From an uncultured Chloroflexia bacterium (GTDB taxonomy: Bacteria > Chloroflexota > Limnocylindria > QHBO01), in the NCBI GenBank assembly GCA_963827475.1, contig CAWHAZ010000005.1, forward strand, positions 153,048 through 217,047: a stretch of 64,000 bases of DNA, written 5' to 3'. Below are positions 19,771-29,541 of this stretch, piece by piece. The translations under genes were made by a program, and so were the position numbers. Each line of letters opens with the position of its first letter. Within the stretch, counting starts at the first letter, position 1. The notes under the pieces are model-generated. The model searched no databases, had not been told where the DNA came from, and worked only from the letters and a program-made list of their open reading frames with translations.

Positions 19771-20868
19771 CCGAGCCGGCGCGACCCGCCCTCGCGGGGT
19801 TCCAGCCCGAGCCGGTCGACGACCCGACCCTCATCAACCTCCACGACTACGAGCAGGCGGCCGCGACCCGCCTGGCGCCCGGCGCCCTCGCCTACTTCAC
19901 CGGCGGCGCCAACGACGAGCGGACGCTGACCGAGAACCGGGCCGCGTTCGGGCGCCGCTGGATCGTTCCCCGCGTCCTGCGCGACGTGTCGAGCGTCGAC
20001 ACCACGGTGGACGTCCTCGGCCGCCGCTGGCCCTTCCCCCTGTTCCTGTGCCCGACCGCCTTCCACCGGATGGCGCATCCGGACGGCGAGGTCGGCACCG
20101 CCCGGGCGGCGGCCGCGCGCGACGTGACGATGACGCTGTCGACCTCCTCCAGCACCGACCTCGAGGAGGTGGCCGCCGTCGGCGGGCCACGCTGGTTCCA
20201 GGTCTACCTCCTCGCCGACCCCGGCGCTCGGCGGGCGCACGTCGAGCGGGCGGTGGCCGCCGGCTACGAGGCGCTGGTGCTGACCGTGGACCTGCCGCGC
20301 ATCGGCCGGCGGGAGCGCGACATCCGGGTCGGCTTCTCGATCCCCGACGACGTCCACGTCCCGAACCCCGCCCTCGCCGCGGGCGTGCCCATCGAGCAGG
20401 GACTGGAGGTGCCCTTCGCCGACCGCCTGACCTGGGACGACGTGGACTGGCTGGCCGGGTTCGGCCGCCCGGTGGTGGTCAAGGGCATCCTCCACCCGGA
20501 CGACGCCCGACTCGCGATCGAGCACGGCGCGGCCGCGATCCAGGTCAGCAACCATGGCGGGCGGCAGCTCGACGGGTCGATCGCCAGCCTCGACGCCCTG
20601 CCGCGCCGTGGTCGAGGCGGTCGGCGGCCGGGTCCCGGTCCTGCTCGACGGCGGCATCCGTCGCGGGTCGGACGTGGTCATCGCGCTCGCTCTCGGGGCG
20701 GCCGCGGTCGGCATCGGGCGACCGGCGCTGTGGGGGCTCGCGGTCGACGGCGAGGCGGGCGTGGGCCGCGTCCTCGACCTGCTGACCACCGAGACGGAGC
20801 TGGCGATGGCCCTCGCCGGCGCCGCGTCGGTCGCCGACCTGACCCCCGACCTGGTGCTGACCCGCTAG
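19767..20868 (+). CDS. FMN-dependent alpha-hydroxy-acid oxidase/dehydrogenase (LldD / glycolate oxidase family), frame broken near 20600
   Basis: TIM-barrel FMN-enzyme motifs ([20 protein letters not shown]). After [19 protein letters not shown] the conserved C-terminus ([23 protein letters not shown]...) continues in the next frame. GTGA overlap with the upstream gene. Confidence 0.8.
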
Positions 20869-20883
20869 CTCAGGAGCCCCGGC

Positions 20884-21306
20884 CTAGCGGCCGCTGCCCT
20901 CCAGCGAGCCCTCGATCTGCTCGTCGGGGATGTACAGCACGCACACGATCTCGCGGTCGCCACCGCTCCACGAGTCCTCGGTCGGGATGAGGTGGGTGTA
21001 GAACACCTCGGAGTCGAGATACGGGATGCCGACGTAGGCCTCGAACCGATCTTCGCAACCTTCGTTCGCCGCGATGCCCAAGGTGTCGCTGCCCGGATAC
21101 TCGCCGGAGCCCTCGTAGTCGTACAGGGCGTACACCTCGTTGTCGTGCGGCTCGTCGCAGTCAACCGCGGTCACCGACGAGATCTCACCGGACTCGGCCG
21201 GATCGTTGAAGCAGTCGCCGACCGTGAGGTCGAAGACCGATGCGGTGCCACAGGCACCCAGCGCCAGGGCGACGCCGATGAGGATCACGGGCCTGCGGAG
21301 GTTCAC
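20884..21306 (-). CDS. lipoprotein, actinobacterial septum-formation-family-like
   Basis: GTG start [19 protein letters not shown] (signal peptide plus lipobox). A Cys-rich domain follows ([11 protein letters not shown]...[18 protein letters not shown]). Confidence 0.6.
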   Translation of the reverse strand: MNLRRPVILIGVALALGACGTASVFDLTVGDCFNDPAESGEISSVTAVDCDEPHDNEVYALYDYEGSGEYPGSDTLGIAANEGCEDRFEAYVGIPYLDSEVFYTHLIPTEDSWSGGDREIVCVLYIPDEQIEGSLEGSGR

Positions 21307-21374
21307 GGGCGGGCTCCTGTTGGGCGGGTGGGGATGGACGAAGCGAATCGCTCGCCGGTCGATTATCACCGCCG

Positions 21375-23058
21375 TCAGGTGCCCGGTTCCATCGGGATCC
21401 GCACGCCCCGCTCGCGGGCGACCTCGAGCGCGCGCTCGTAGCCCGCGTCGGCGTGGCGGATGACGCCCATCCCCGGGTCGGTGGTCAGCACCCGCTCCAG
21501 CCGGGCCGCGGCGGCATCGGTCCCGTCGGCGACGATGACCATGCCGGCGTGGAGCGAGTAGCCGATGCCCACGCCACCGCCGTGGTGGACGCTGACCCAG
21601 GTCGCCCCGGCGGCCGTGTTCAGGAGCGCGTTCAGGACCGGCCAGTCGGCGATCGCGTCCGACCCGTCGCGCATGCCCTCGGTCTCGCGGTACGGGCTGG
21701 CGACGCTGCCCGCGTCGAGGTGATCCCGCCCGATGACGATCGGCGCGGCCAGCTCCCCGGATCGCACCATGTCGTTGATCCGGAGCCCGGCCTTCGCCCG
21801 CTCGCCGTAGCCCAGCCAGCAGATGCGGGCCGGCAGGCCCTGGAACGGGACCTTCTCCTCGGCCAGGCGCAGCCAGCGGTGGAGGGACGCGTCCTGCGGG
21901 AAGAGCTCGGCCAGCGCGGCATCGGTCTTCAGGATGTCGTCCGGGTCGCCGGACAGCGCGGCCCAGCGGAATGGCCCCTTGCCCTCGCAGAAGAGCGGTC
22001 GGATGAAGGCCGGGACGAAGCCGGGGAAGGCGAAGGCATCGGTCACGCCGGCTTCCTTGGCAAAGGCGCGGATGTTGTTGCCGTAGTCGAACACGACCGA
22101 TCCGGCCTGCTGGAAGGCGAGCATCGCCCGCACGTGGTCGGCGATGGAGGCGGTGGCCAGCCGGACGTACTCGTCGGGGTCGCGATCGCGGAGCGCCAGC
22201 GCCTCCGACAGACCGATGGACCCCGGCACGTACCCGCCCAGCGGGTCGTGGGCGGAGGTCTGGTCGGTGACGACGTCGGGGCGCCAGCCGCGGCGGACCA
22301 GCTCGGGCTCGACGTCCGCGGCGTTGGCCACCAGCGCGATGCTCCGCGCCTCGCCGGCGGACCGCCAGGCGTCCACTTTGCGCGACCGCCTCGTCGAGGT
22401 CGGTCGTGACCTCGTCGACGTAGCCGGCGGCATGCCGCCGCTCGGCGCGGGCCGGGTCCACCTCGATGGCCAGCACCGCCCCCTCGTTCATGGTCACCGC
22501 CAGCGGCTGCGCGCCGCCCATCCCGCCGAGGCCCGCGGTCAGGGTCGCCGTCCCGCGCAGGGAGCCCCCGAAATGCTGCCGCGCGCACTCGGCGAACGTC
22601 TCGTAGGTGCCCTGGATGATCCCCTGGGTCGCGATGTAGATCCACGACCCTGCGGTCATCTGGCCGTACATCGTCAGGCCGGCCCGCTCCAGCTCGCGGA
22701 AGTTCTCCCAGGTCGCCCAGTGGGGGACGAGCAGGGCATTGGCGATCAGGACGCGGGGCGCGTCAGGTGTCGTGCGGAAGACGCCGACCGGCTTGCCGCT
22801 CTGGACCAGGAGCGTCTCGTCGTTCTCGAGCCGGCGCAGCTCGCGGACGATCGCGTCGAACGCCTCCCAGCTCCGCGCCGCCCGCCCGGTGCCGCCGTAG
22901 ACGATGAGGTGATCGGGGTCCTCGGCCACGTCCGGGTCGAGGTTGTTCATCAGCATCCGGAGCGCCGCTTCCTGCTGCCACCCCTTGCAGGACAGCTCGG
23001 ATCCGCGCGGTGCCCGGACGGTTCGTGGCCCGGAGGTCGCCTGGGCGGCGGTCGTCAC
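21375..23058 (-). CDS. hutU: urocanate hydratase, frame broken near 22385
   Basis: The N-terminal half ([28 protein letters not shown]..., [10 protein letters not shown]) and the C-terminal half ([16 protein letters not shown]...) are both strongly urocanase-like but sit in two frames. The ORF track fuses the N-part with the neighbouring lipoprotein frame. Confidence 0.9.
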
Positions 23059-23081
23059 GGACCGATGATAGGGGTCCGGCC

Positions 23082-23810
23082 TCAGGTCACGGCCGACAGC
23101 AGGAAGGCGAGGGTGAAGCCCAGGACGGTCACCAGGCCGGCGAGGTCGCCGCCGTCCTCGAACGCCTCGGGAATCATCGTGTCGACCAGCATCGTCAGCA
23201 GGCCGCCGGCGGCGAAGGCCTGCACGAACGGGACGGCGGGGCCCGCCTCGTCGAAGAGGAGGAACGCGAGCGCGGCCGAGGACGCCGACACGAGGACCAC
23301 AGCCAGCCACAGGCCCAGGATCCAGCGCGGCGACCGACCCTCTCCTTTAGGTCGACCGAGGCCGAGAAGCCCTCCGGCACGTTCGACAGCAGGACGGCCA
23401 CCAGGAATGCCGGGGACACGGCGCCGCCGCCCAGCAGGGACGCACCGAGCACCACCGACTCGGGGATCCCGTCGAGCATCGCGCCCAGAACGATGGACAG
23501 GCCCTGGCCCTCGCGCGCCTGCTGCTTGACCGTGGCCTGGCCCCGGGCCTTGCCGCGGGCGGTCGAGCAGCCGATTGCCCACGAAGAACGTCACCGCCCC
23601 GGCCGCCAGTCCGGCGGTCAGGAGCTGGACGCCGCCCTGCTCGAACGCCTCGGCAGTCAGCTCGTACGCGACGGCGCTGAACAGGGCGCCGGCGCCGAAC
23701 GCCAGGGCGAGTCCGACGACCGTCCGGCTCACCTTCAGCGCCAGGCCGGCCGCGGCGCCGACCAGCAAGGCGGAGGCGGCAAGGAACGCCCAGCCGAAGG
23801 CCTCGATCAT
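23082..23810 (-). CDS. ZIP-family metal transporter, two frame breaks
   Basis: [22 protein letters not shown]... plus the ZIP signature [12 protein letters not shown]...[14 protein letters not shown] in the alternative frame (ORF 23195-23479). The C-terminal TM helices are back in the first frame. Confidence 0.65.
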   Translation of the reverse strand: MIEAFGWAFLAASALLVGAAAGLALKVSRTVVGLALAFGAGALFSAVAYELTAEAFEQGGVQLLTAGLAAGAVTFFVGNRLLDRPRQGPGPGHGQAAGARGPGPVHRSGRDARRDPRVGGARCVPAGRRRRVPGIPGGRPAVERAGGLLGLGRPKGEGRSPRWILGLWLAVVLVSASSAALAFLLFDEAGPAVPFVQAFAAGGLLTMLVDTMIPEAFEDGGDLAGLVTVLGFTLAFLLSAVT

Positions 23811-23813
23811 CGG

Positions 23814-24539
23814 TCAGTCATCGCCGAACGGGTTCGGCCGCGAGGGCTTGGGCGGCAGGCGAAAGACGTCGTCCTCGGTCGGTCCCTTGGGCATCGGGAG
23901 CGGCCAGGCTTCGCCCTCGTCGGGAACCCGGGTCTTGGACAGGAGGTCCTCCCATCCCACCTCCACCTCGCCGGCCAGCTCGCGGCGGTAGACCGGGAAC
24001 TGGTCGTCGCCGGCGGTCAGGGTGAAACCGGCAGCCTCGTAGACCGATGCCGGGCCGCCCGACGGGAGCCACGGGTCGGCCGCCCGCTCGAGGTAGCTCT
24101 CGACCGCGATCACCCCACGCCGGTCGAGCTCGGCGCAGACCGCCTCCGCCAACGCCTGACCGATGGCCTCGCGATTCGACGCGCCGGGAACGACCTGCAG
24201 GCAGGTCAGGATCCAGGGGGCGGGGGAGTCCGGCAGCTCCGGGTACCGGTCGCGGATGAGCTGGGCACGCGGGTAGACGCTGAGCGGCCCGAACTGGGCG
24301 TACCCGACCACGACGCCCGCCGCATCGGTCGCCAGCATCCCGTACGACCCGGCCAGCCGAGCGCCGGCCATCAGGGCGGCGCGCTTCGCGTCGCGGCGGG
24401 CGGTGGTGTCGTCGCCCTCTCGGCTGCCCTCGAGCCGCTCCCAGTAGTCGCAGGTCTGGCAGCGCGCACCCGGCCGCGCAGGCTCGGGGATGCTCTCGAT
24501 GCCCGCCTCGTCGACGAGGGAGAAGGTGAGCTCCTCCAT
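23814..24539 (-). CDS. GNAT-family N-acetyltransferase
   Basis: Acetyl-CoA binding region VVGYAQ... and a GNAT fold. It is coupled to its neighbours through TGA-CCG-ATG junctions. Confidence 0.65.
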   Translation of the reverse strand: MEELTFSLVDEAGIESIPEPARPGARCQTCDYWERLEGSREGDDTTARRDAKRAALMAGARLAGSYGMLATDAAGVVVGYAQFGPLSVYPRAQLIRDRYPELPDSPAPWILTCLQVVPGASNREAIGQALAEAVCAELDRRGVIAVESYLERAADPWLPSGGPASVYEAAGFTLTAGDDQFPVYRRELAGEVEVGWEDLLSKTRVPDEGEAWPLPMPKGPTEDDVFRLPPKPSRPNPFGDD

Positions 24540-24542
24540 CGG

Positions 24543-26063
24543 TCAGCCCGAAGCCACGGCCGCCAGTCGACCCTCGCGAATCGCCGCCGTCAGGGCCGTG
24601 ATGTCGGGCGCCGGGGATCGGTCGCCATCCAGTGGGGGCACCACCGATCGGACAACGGCCACGGCCGCCTGGACGCCGCGACCGGGTGCCTGCGGCTGGC
24701 GGAGGTCCAGGCCGCGCGCCGCGCACAGTGCCTCGACCGCCAGCACGGTCGCCGCCCGGTCGAGCGCCTCGCGCAGCAGCAGCGCGGACGTCGCCCCCAT
24801 GCTCACGTGGTCCTCCTGGTTGGCGCTGGTCGGGATCGTGTCCGCGGCGGCCGGATGTGCGGTGGTCTTCAGCTCGTTGACGGCCGCCGCCGCCGTGTAC
24901 TGGGCCAGCATCAGCCCGCTCTCGATCCCCGGGTCGTCGGCCAGGAAGGCGGGGAGACCCGACAGGCGGCTGTCGAGGATCCGCGCCGTCCGGCGCTCGG
25001 AGATGGTGGCCAGCGCGGTGAGCGCCAGCCGGGCGTGGTCGAGGGCCAGCGCGAGTGGCTCGCCGTGGAAGTTGCCGCCGCTCACCACCCGCCCGTCGGG
25101 GAAGACCAGCGGGTTGTCGGTCGCCGCGTTGAGCTCGACCGACACCGCGTCGTCGAGCGGCGCGAGGGCGTCGGCCACCGCCCCGTGGACCTGCGGCATG
25201 CAGCGGATGGAGTACGGGTCCTGGACCTTGTGCGGGCTCGAGCGGTGGCTGTCGCCGATCTCGCTGTCCGCCAGGAGCTCACGCAGCCGGGCCGCGGACG
25301 CCAGCTGGCCGGGGTGCGGCCGGGCCCAGATCAACGCCTCGTCGAACGCGGACGCCGTACCGAGCATCGCCTCCAGGCTCATGGCCCCGGTCACGTCCGC
25401 GGTGCGGACCAGGATCCCCGCATCGGTCAGGGCCAGCGCGCCGATGGCGGTCATCAGCTGCGTCCCGTTGAGCAGGGCAAGGCCTTCCTTCGCTCCCAGC
25501 TCCATCGGTTCGAGGCCGGCGGCGGCCAGCGCCTCGCCGCCGGGAACGGTCCTGTCGCCCACCACCGCCTCGCCCTCGCCGATGACCACCAGCGCGAGAT
25601 GGGCGAGCGGGGCGAGGTCGCCGGAGGCGCCCACGCTGCCGCGGGACGGGATGACGGGGTGCACCGCGGCGTTCAGCATCGCGATGAGGAGGTCGACCAC
25701 CTCCGGCCGGATGCCGGACAGCCCCACGGCCAGGGCATTGGCCCGGAGCAGGAGCATGGCCCGCACGACCTCGGCGGGGAGCGGCTCACCCACGCCGGCC
25801 GCGTGGCTCCGGACGAGGTTGCGCTGGAGGGTGGCCGTCTGCTCCGGGGAGATGCGCACGTCGGCCAGGTCGCCGAACCCGGTCGTGACCCCGTAGACCG
25901 TCTCGCCGGAGGCGACCACCCGCTCGATCACGGCCCTCGACACCGCCATCCGCTCGCGCGCCGCCGACTCGACCACGACCGGTCGTCCGCCCCGCGCCAC
26001 CGACACGACATCGGCGATGGTCAGGTCACGGCCGGTCAGCTGGAGCGGGGGTTGGGCTGCCAC
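24543..26063 (-). CDS. hutH: histidine ammonia-lyase
   Basis: The MIO-forming ASG triad is in context (GSVGASGDLAPLAH) with full-length similarity. GTG start. Confidence 0.9.
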   Translation of the reverse strand: MAAQPPLQLTGRDLTIADVVSVARGGRPVVVESAARERMAVSRAVIERVVASGETVYGVTTGFGDLADVRISPEQTATLQRNLVRSHAAGVGEPLPAEVVRAMLLLRANALAVGLSGIRPEVVDLLIAMLNAAVHPVIPSRGSVGASGDLAPLAHLALVVIGEGEAVVGDRTVPGGEALAAAGLEPMELGAKEGLALLNGTQLMTAIGALALTDAGILVRTADVTGAMSLEAMLGTASAFDEALIWARPHPGQLASAARLRELLADSEIGDSHRSSPHKVQDPYSIRCMPQVHGAVADALAPLDDAVSVELNAATDNPLVFPDGRVVSGGNFHGEPLALALDHARLALTALATISERRTARILDSRLSGLPAFLADDPGIESGLMLAQYTAAAAVNELKTTAHPAAADTIPTSANQEDHVSMGATSALLLREALDRAATVLAVEALCAARGLDLRQPQAPGRGVQAAVAVVRSVVPPLDGDRSPAPDITALTAAIREGRLAAVASG

Positions 26064-26083
26064 CTCATTCCTATACTACGGAC

Positions 26084-26905
26084 GTGCGGAGGCTTCCGGA
26101 CCCGACGAGCCGCCTCGTCACGAGCCGCGGCGCGCAGTACCGGCTCGGCGGCGCGGTCCCCAGCCCCGCGGCCGCGTTCCTCGTCGCCCTCATCCTGTTG
26201 CCCTCCCTGTTCTGGCTGGTCGCGCTGAAGCGGACGACCACCTACCTCGGCCCCGAGGAGTGGCTGATGGAGAGCGTGGTCATTCCGTTCCAGGCCTGGA
26301 TGGAGGCCAACGTACCGCTGGTCGACAGCGTGATCACCGCCATCAGCGCCCTGGGCTCCGGCTGGTTCGTCGGCCTGGGCTTCGCCGTCTGCGGGCTGTT
26401 CGCCCTGGCCAAGGGCCGCCGCGACCTCGCCCTGCTGCTGGCCCTCGGCACGCTGGCCTTCCCGATGGAATGGGCGCTGAAGTTCTTCGTCGCCATCCCG
26501 CCCATCACCTTCAACGAGCTGGTCGAGGCCATGTTCAACGTTGGCGGCTTCGGCCTCGACGACATCGCCGTCTTCCCGGCCGGCCACGCCCTGCGGGCGA
26601 TGGCCCTCTACGGCCTGGTCGCGTTCTGCATTGCCCGCCTGTCGGGGGACCGACGGCAGGGCATGACCGCCTATGCGGTGGCCGGCGTCCTGATCTTCGT
26701 GATCGGGATCGCCCGGATCTACCTCAACCTCCACTACCCGTTGGACGTGGTCGGGGGCTGGATGGCGGGAGCCGCGCTGGTCTCGGTGCTGGTCGCGATC
26801 CACGTCCTGAACGCGGACGAGCGGATGCGCGTGGCGGAACGCCAACGGGCTGCCGCCGCCGAGCAGCCCGCGGCGGCTCCTTCCTCACCCGCGGCCGAGG
26901 CCTAG
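26084..26905 (+). CDS. PAP2-family phosphatase (phosphatidic acid / undecaprenyl-PP phosphatase-like)
   Basis: PAP2 motifs PSGH and SR...H...D are present (FPAGHAL, ARIYLNLHYPLDVVGG), with 6 TM helices. Confidence 0.75.
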   Translation: MRRLPDPTSRLVTSRGAQYRLGGAVPSPAAAFLVALILLPSLFWLVALKRTTTYLGPEEWLMESVVIPFQAWMEANVPLVDSVITAISALGSGWFVGLGFAVCGLFALAKGRRDLALLLALGTLAFPMEWALKFFVAIPPITFNELVEAMFNVGGFGLDDIAVFPAGHALRAMALYGLVAFCIARLSGDRRQGMTAYAVAGVLIFVIGIARIYLNLHYPLDVVGGWMAGAALVSVLVAIHVLNADERMRVAERQRAAAAEQPAAAPSSPAAEA

Positions 26906-26914
26906 CGGCCGGAC

Positions 26915-27583
26915 GTGCTGGAGTTCATCGACCAGACGGTCATTCCCTTCTTCCTGGACCTGTACGACGCCCTCGGCTATGTCGGTGTCGCGGTGGGAGT
27001 GGCGCTCGAGACGTTCATTCCCATCCTGCCGTCGGAGGTCATCGTGCCCATGGCGGGCTGGAAGATCTCCCAGTCGGCCACGGATCCGGCGGTCACCGAA
27101 TGGCTGACCGATGCGCCCTGGACCTTCATCGGGGTCATGGTCGCGGCCACCCTCGGCGCGGCCGCCGGCTCGCTGGCCGGCTACCTCATTGGCGCCTGGG
27201 GTGGGCGCCCGCTGCTGGACCGATACGGCCGCTACGTCCACATCGAGTCCGATGACCTCGACCGCGCCGACGCCTGGTTCGCCCGCTATGGCGAATGGGC
27301 GGTGTTCTTCGCGCGCTTCGTTCCGCTCCTCCGCGCCCTCATCAGCTACCCGGCCGGCGTGGCCCGCATGCCGCTGGGCAGGTACATGATCTTCTCGGTG
27401 GCGGGCTCGATCCCGTGGAACCTGGCCCTGGTCACCGCCGGCTGGCTGCTGGGCGAGAACTACGACGCGCTGTACGAGACGATCCGCCCGTTCGAGATCC
27501 TGATCTACGTGGTCGTGGTCCTGGGCGGCGCCTTCATCCTCATCCGCTGGATCCGCGGCCGCGGTTCCCCGCTGGAGGTTTGA
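26915..27583 (+). CDS. DedA/SNARE-associated (VTT-domain) membrane protein
   Basis: DedA signature FIPILPSEVIVPMAGW ... FFARFVPLLRALISYPAGVARM. Confidence 0.8.
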   Translation: MLEFIDQTVIPFFLDLYDALGYVGVAVGVALETFIPILPSEVIVPMAGWKISQSATDPAVTEWLTDAPWTFIGVMVAATLGAAAGSLAGYLIGAWGGRPLLDRYGRYVHIESDDLDRADAWFARYGEWAVFFARFVPLLRALISYPAGVARMPLGRYMIFSVAGSIPWNLALVTAGWLLGENYDALYETIRPFEILIYVVVVLGGAFILIRWIRGRGSPLEV

Positions 27584-27639
27584 CCGGCAACGCCTCGAGT
27601 GGCACGATCGATGGGCAACTGAACGAATCCATCGCTCTC

Positions 27640-27850
27640 GGGGCGGGGTGAAACTCCCCACCGGCGGTCGGTCCGACTGAGTCGGGCCAGCCCGCGAACC
27701 CCCTGAGGCCGGCGGCTGCGGAGAGGGCCACCGGAACCACCTCGCGGGGCCGACCTGACCCCGGCATCAGCCGGGCAGACAGGGCCGACGGTCACAGTCC
27801 GGAAGGGAGAGGGCGAGCACGAGGCGTTCCTCCGACGACCCGCGAGACCG
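27640..27850 (+). promoter_or_regulatory. riboswitch-like structured 5' leader of the ABC importer operon (TPP- or cobalamin-class candidate)
   Basis: A 358-nt gap sits between the DedA stop and the ABC start. It is GC-rich yet has no coding frame. It contains GGGGUGAAACUCCCC, GGUCC-GACUGAGUC-GGGCC, CCCGCGAACC and CGGAGAGGG, reminiscent of the TPP aptamer (GGGGUG..CUGAGA..CCCGAACC..GGGA) or of the cobalamin core (GGUGAAAnUCC...CCGnCUG). Confidence 0.45.
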
Positions 27851-27941
27851 ATCGGCGCTGCGCGCAGACCGGGAACCCGCGGCTTGACGGACCGATGCCT
27901 CGCCGCTCCCACGCCCCGTGGCGCTGGCGCATGGGAGACCA

Positions 27942-28775
27942 ATGGCGAGCGAACGGGAATCCGGTCCGGCGATCACGATCGAGGACCTGACCGTCACCTT
28001 TTCCGGCCCCTCAGGGGCGCTCACCGCCCTGGACGGGGTGAGCGGGGAGGTGGCCGGCGGGGAGCTGCTGGCGGTCATCGGTCCGAATGGCTCCGGCAAG
28101 TCCACCCTGCTGCGGGCGCTCGCCGGGCTGCTGCCACCGTCCGCGGGGCGCATCGGTCTGGCGCCCGATGGGTCACCGCCGCGCGCCGGCGACGGCCGGG
28201 TCGGGCTCGTCTTCCAGCAGCCGCGGCTCCTCGGCTGGCGCGACACGCTCGACAACGTCACCCTCCCGCTCGAGCTGGACGGCATGCCCGCCGCCGAGCG
28301 CCGCCAGGCGGGGGAGCGGGCGCTGGCCCAGGTCGGGCTGTCGGACGCGGCCGATCTCCGGCCTCGCGAGCTCTCCGGCGGGATGCAGCAACGCGTCGCC
28401 CTGGCACGGTCGCTCGTCACCGACCCGCCGATCCTGCTCCTCGACGAGCCGTTCAGCGCCCTCGACGCCCTGACCCGCGACGCGTTCGACGCCCAGCTCG
28501 AGGCGCTGTGGCTGGCCGACCGGCGGACCGTGGTCCTGGTCACCCACTCGGTCAACGAGGCCGTCCGGCTGGCGGACCGGATCTGGGTCCTGACCCCGCG
28601 TCCGGGGCGGGTGGGGGCGGACATCCCCGTTCCGCTGCCGCGCCCCCGACCGGCCAGTGCCACGGCGGACCCGGCGGCGGCGGACATCGAGGCCCGGGTT
28701 CGCGCCGCGCTGGCATCGGTCCACGCTCCCGAGCTGGAGGGCTGGGCCGAGGAGGGGCCCCGGGTGGCGGCATGA
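27942..28775 (+). CDS. ABC transporter ATP-binding protein (NitT/TauT family)
   Basis: Walker A GPNGSGKST, signature LSGGMQQR, Walker B LLLDEP. GGGAGA lies 6 nt before the ATG. Confidence 0.85.
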   Translation: MASERESGPAITIEDLTVTFSGPSGALTALDGVSGEVAGGELLAVIGPNGSGKSTLLRALAGLLPPSAGRIGLAPDGSPPRAGDGRVGLVFQQPRLLGWRDTLDNVTLPLELDGMPAAERRQAGERALAQVGLSDAADLRPRELSGGMQQRVALARSLVTDPPILLLDEPFSALDALTRDAFDAQLEALWLADRRTVVLVTHSVNEAVRLADRIWVLTPRPGRVGADIPVPLPRPRPASATADPAAADIEARVRAALASVHAPELEGWAEEGPRVAA

Positions 28776-29524
28776 GCGCGGTCCTGCGACGGTTGGGCCT
28801 GATCGCGCTGAGCGCGGTCGGGTTCCTGCTCGTCTGGCAGCTGGTGGTGGTGATCGGTGACTACCCCGAGTACATCCTGCCGTCCCCACAGGTCGTTGGC
28901 GCCCGCGCGGTGGAGGCGATCCAGAACGGGACCCTCCAGCCGCACCTGGCGGCGACGCTGGAGGAGAGCGTCATCGGGTTCGCGGTCGGTGCCGCGACGG
29001 CGATCGCGATCGGCATCCTGCTGGCCAAGAGCCTGACCGCCGAGCGGGTCCTGTCGCCGTACCTCGTCGCCGCCCAGGCCATCCCCATCCTCGCCCTGGC
29101 CCCACTGATCGACATCTGGTTCGGTGGCGGCCTGACGGCGAGGGTCGTGATCTGCGCCCTGATCGTGTTCTTCCCGATCGCGATCGCGACCATGGTCGGC
29201 ATCCGCGGCACCGACCCGCTGCTGGTCGAGATGGCGCGCGCGAACGGCGCCCGTGGTCCGCAGATCACCCGACTGCTCGAGGTCCCGTCGGCCATGCCCG
29301 TCCTGTTCGGCGGGCTGCGGGTGGGGGTGACCCTGGCGGTCATCGGCGCCGTCGTCGCGGAGTGGGCTGGGGCCAGCGTGGGGCTGGGCGTCCTGATCAA
29401 CATCGCCGACCAGGGCCTGTTCGACACCCCGCTCATGTTCGTGGCCCTCGGCTCCCTGGCCCTGCTCGGCCTGACCTTCTACGCCGTCGTCGTCGGCGCC
29501 GAACGCGTCCTCGTCCCCCGATGA
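28772..29524 (+). CDS. ABC transporter permease (NitT/TauT family)
   Basis: ATGA overlap with the ATPase gene. Six TM helices and an EAA-like loop (ARANGARGPQITRLLEVPSA). Confidence 0.85.
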   Translation: MSAVLRRLGLIALSAVGFLLVWQLVVVIGDYPEYILPSPQVVGARAVEAIQNGTLQPHLAATLEESVIGFAVGAATAIAIGILLAKSLTAERVLSPYLVAAQAIPILALAPLIDIWFGGGLTARVVICALIVFFPIAIATMVGIRGTDPLLVEMARANGARGPQITRLLEVPSAMPVLFGGLRVGVTLAVIGAVVAEWAGASVGLGVLINIADQGLFDTPLMFVALGSLALLGLTFYAVVVGAERVLVPR

Positions 29525-29541
29525 ACCCCGAAAGGAAACCG

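Noticed and set aside
20884-23310. The 808-aa ORF 20884-23310 as a single protein
   Set aside because: It is a chimera. Its 3' part is the septum-formation-like lipoprotein gene (true GTG start at about 21306) and its 5' part is the N-terminal half of hutU. The hutU C-terminal half is in another frame (21375-22433), the two halves being joined across an indel near 22385.
27505-27942. The minus-strand ORFs 27505-27942 and 27540-27767 across the riboswitch-like region
   Set aside because: Arg/Pro-rich low-complexity translation overlapping a region with strong nested hairpins. A non-coding leader is more parsimonious.
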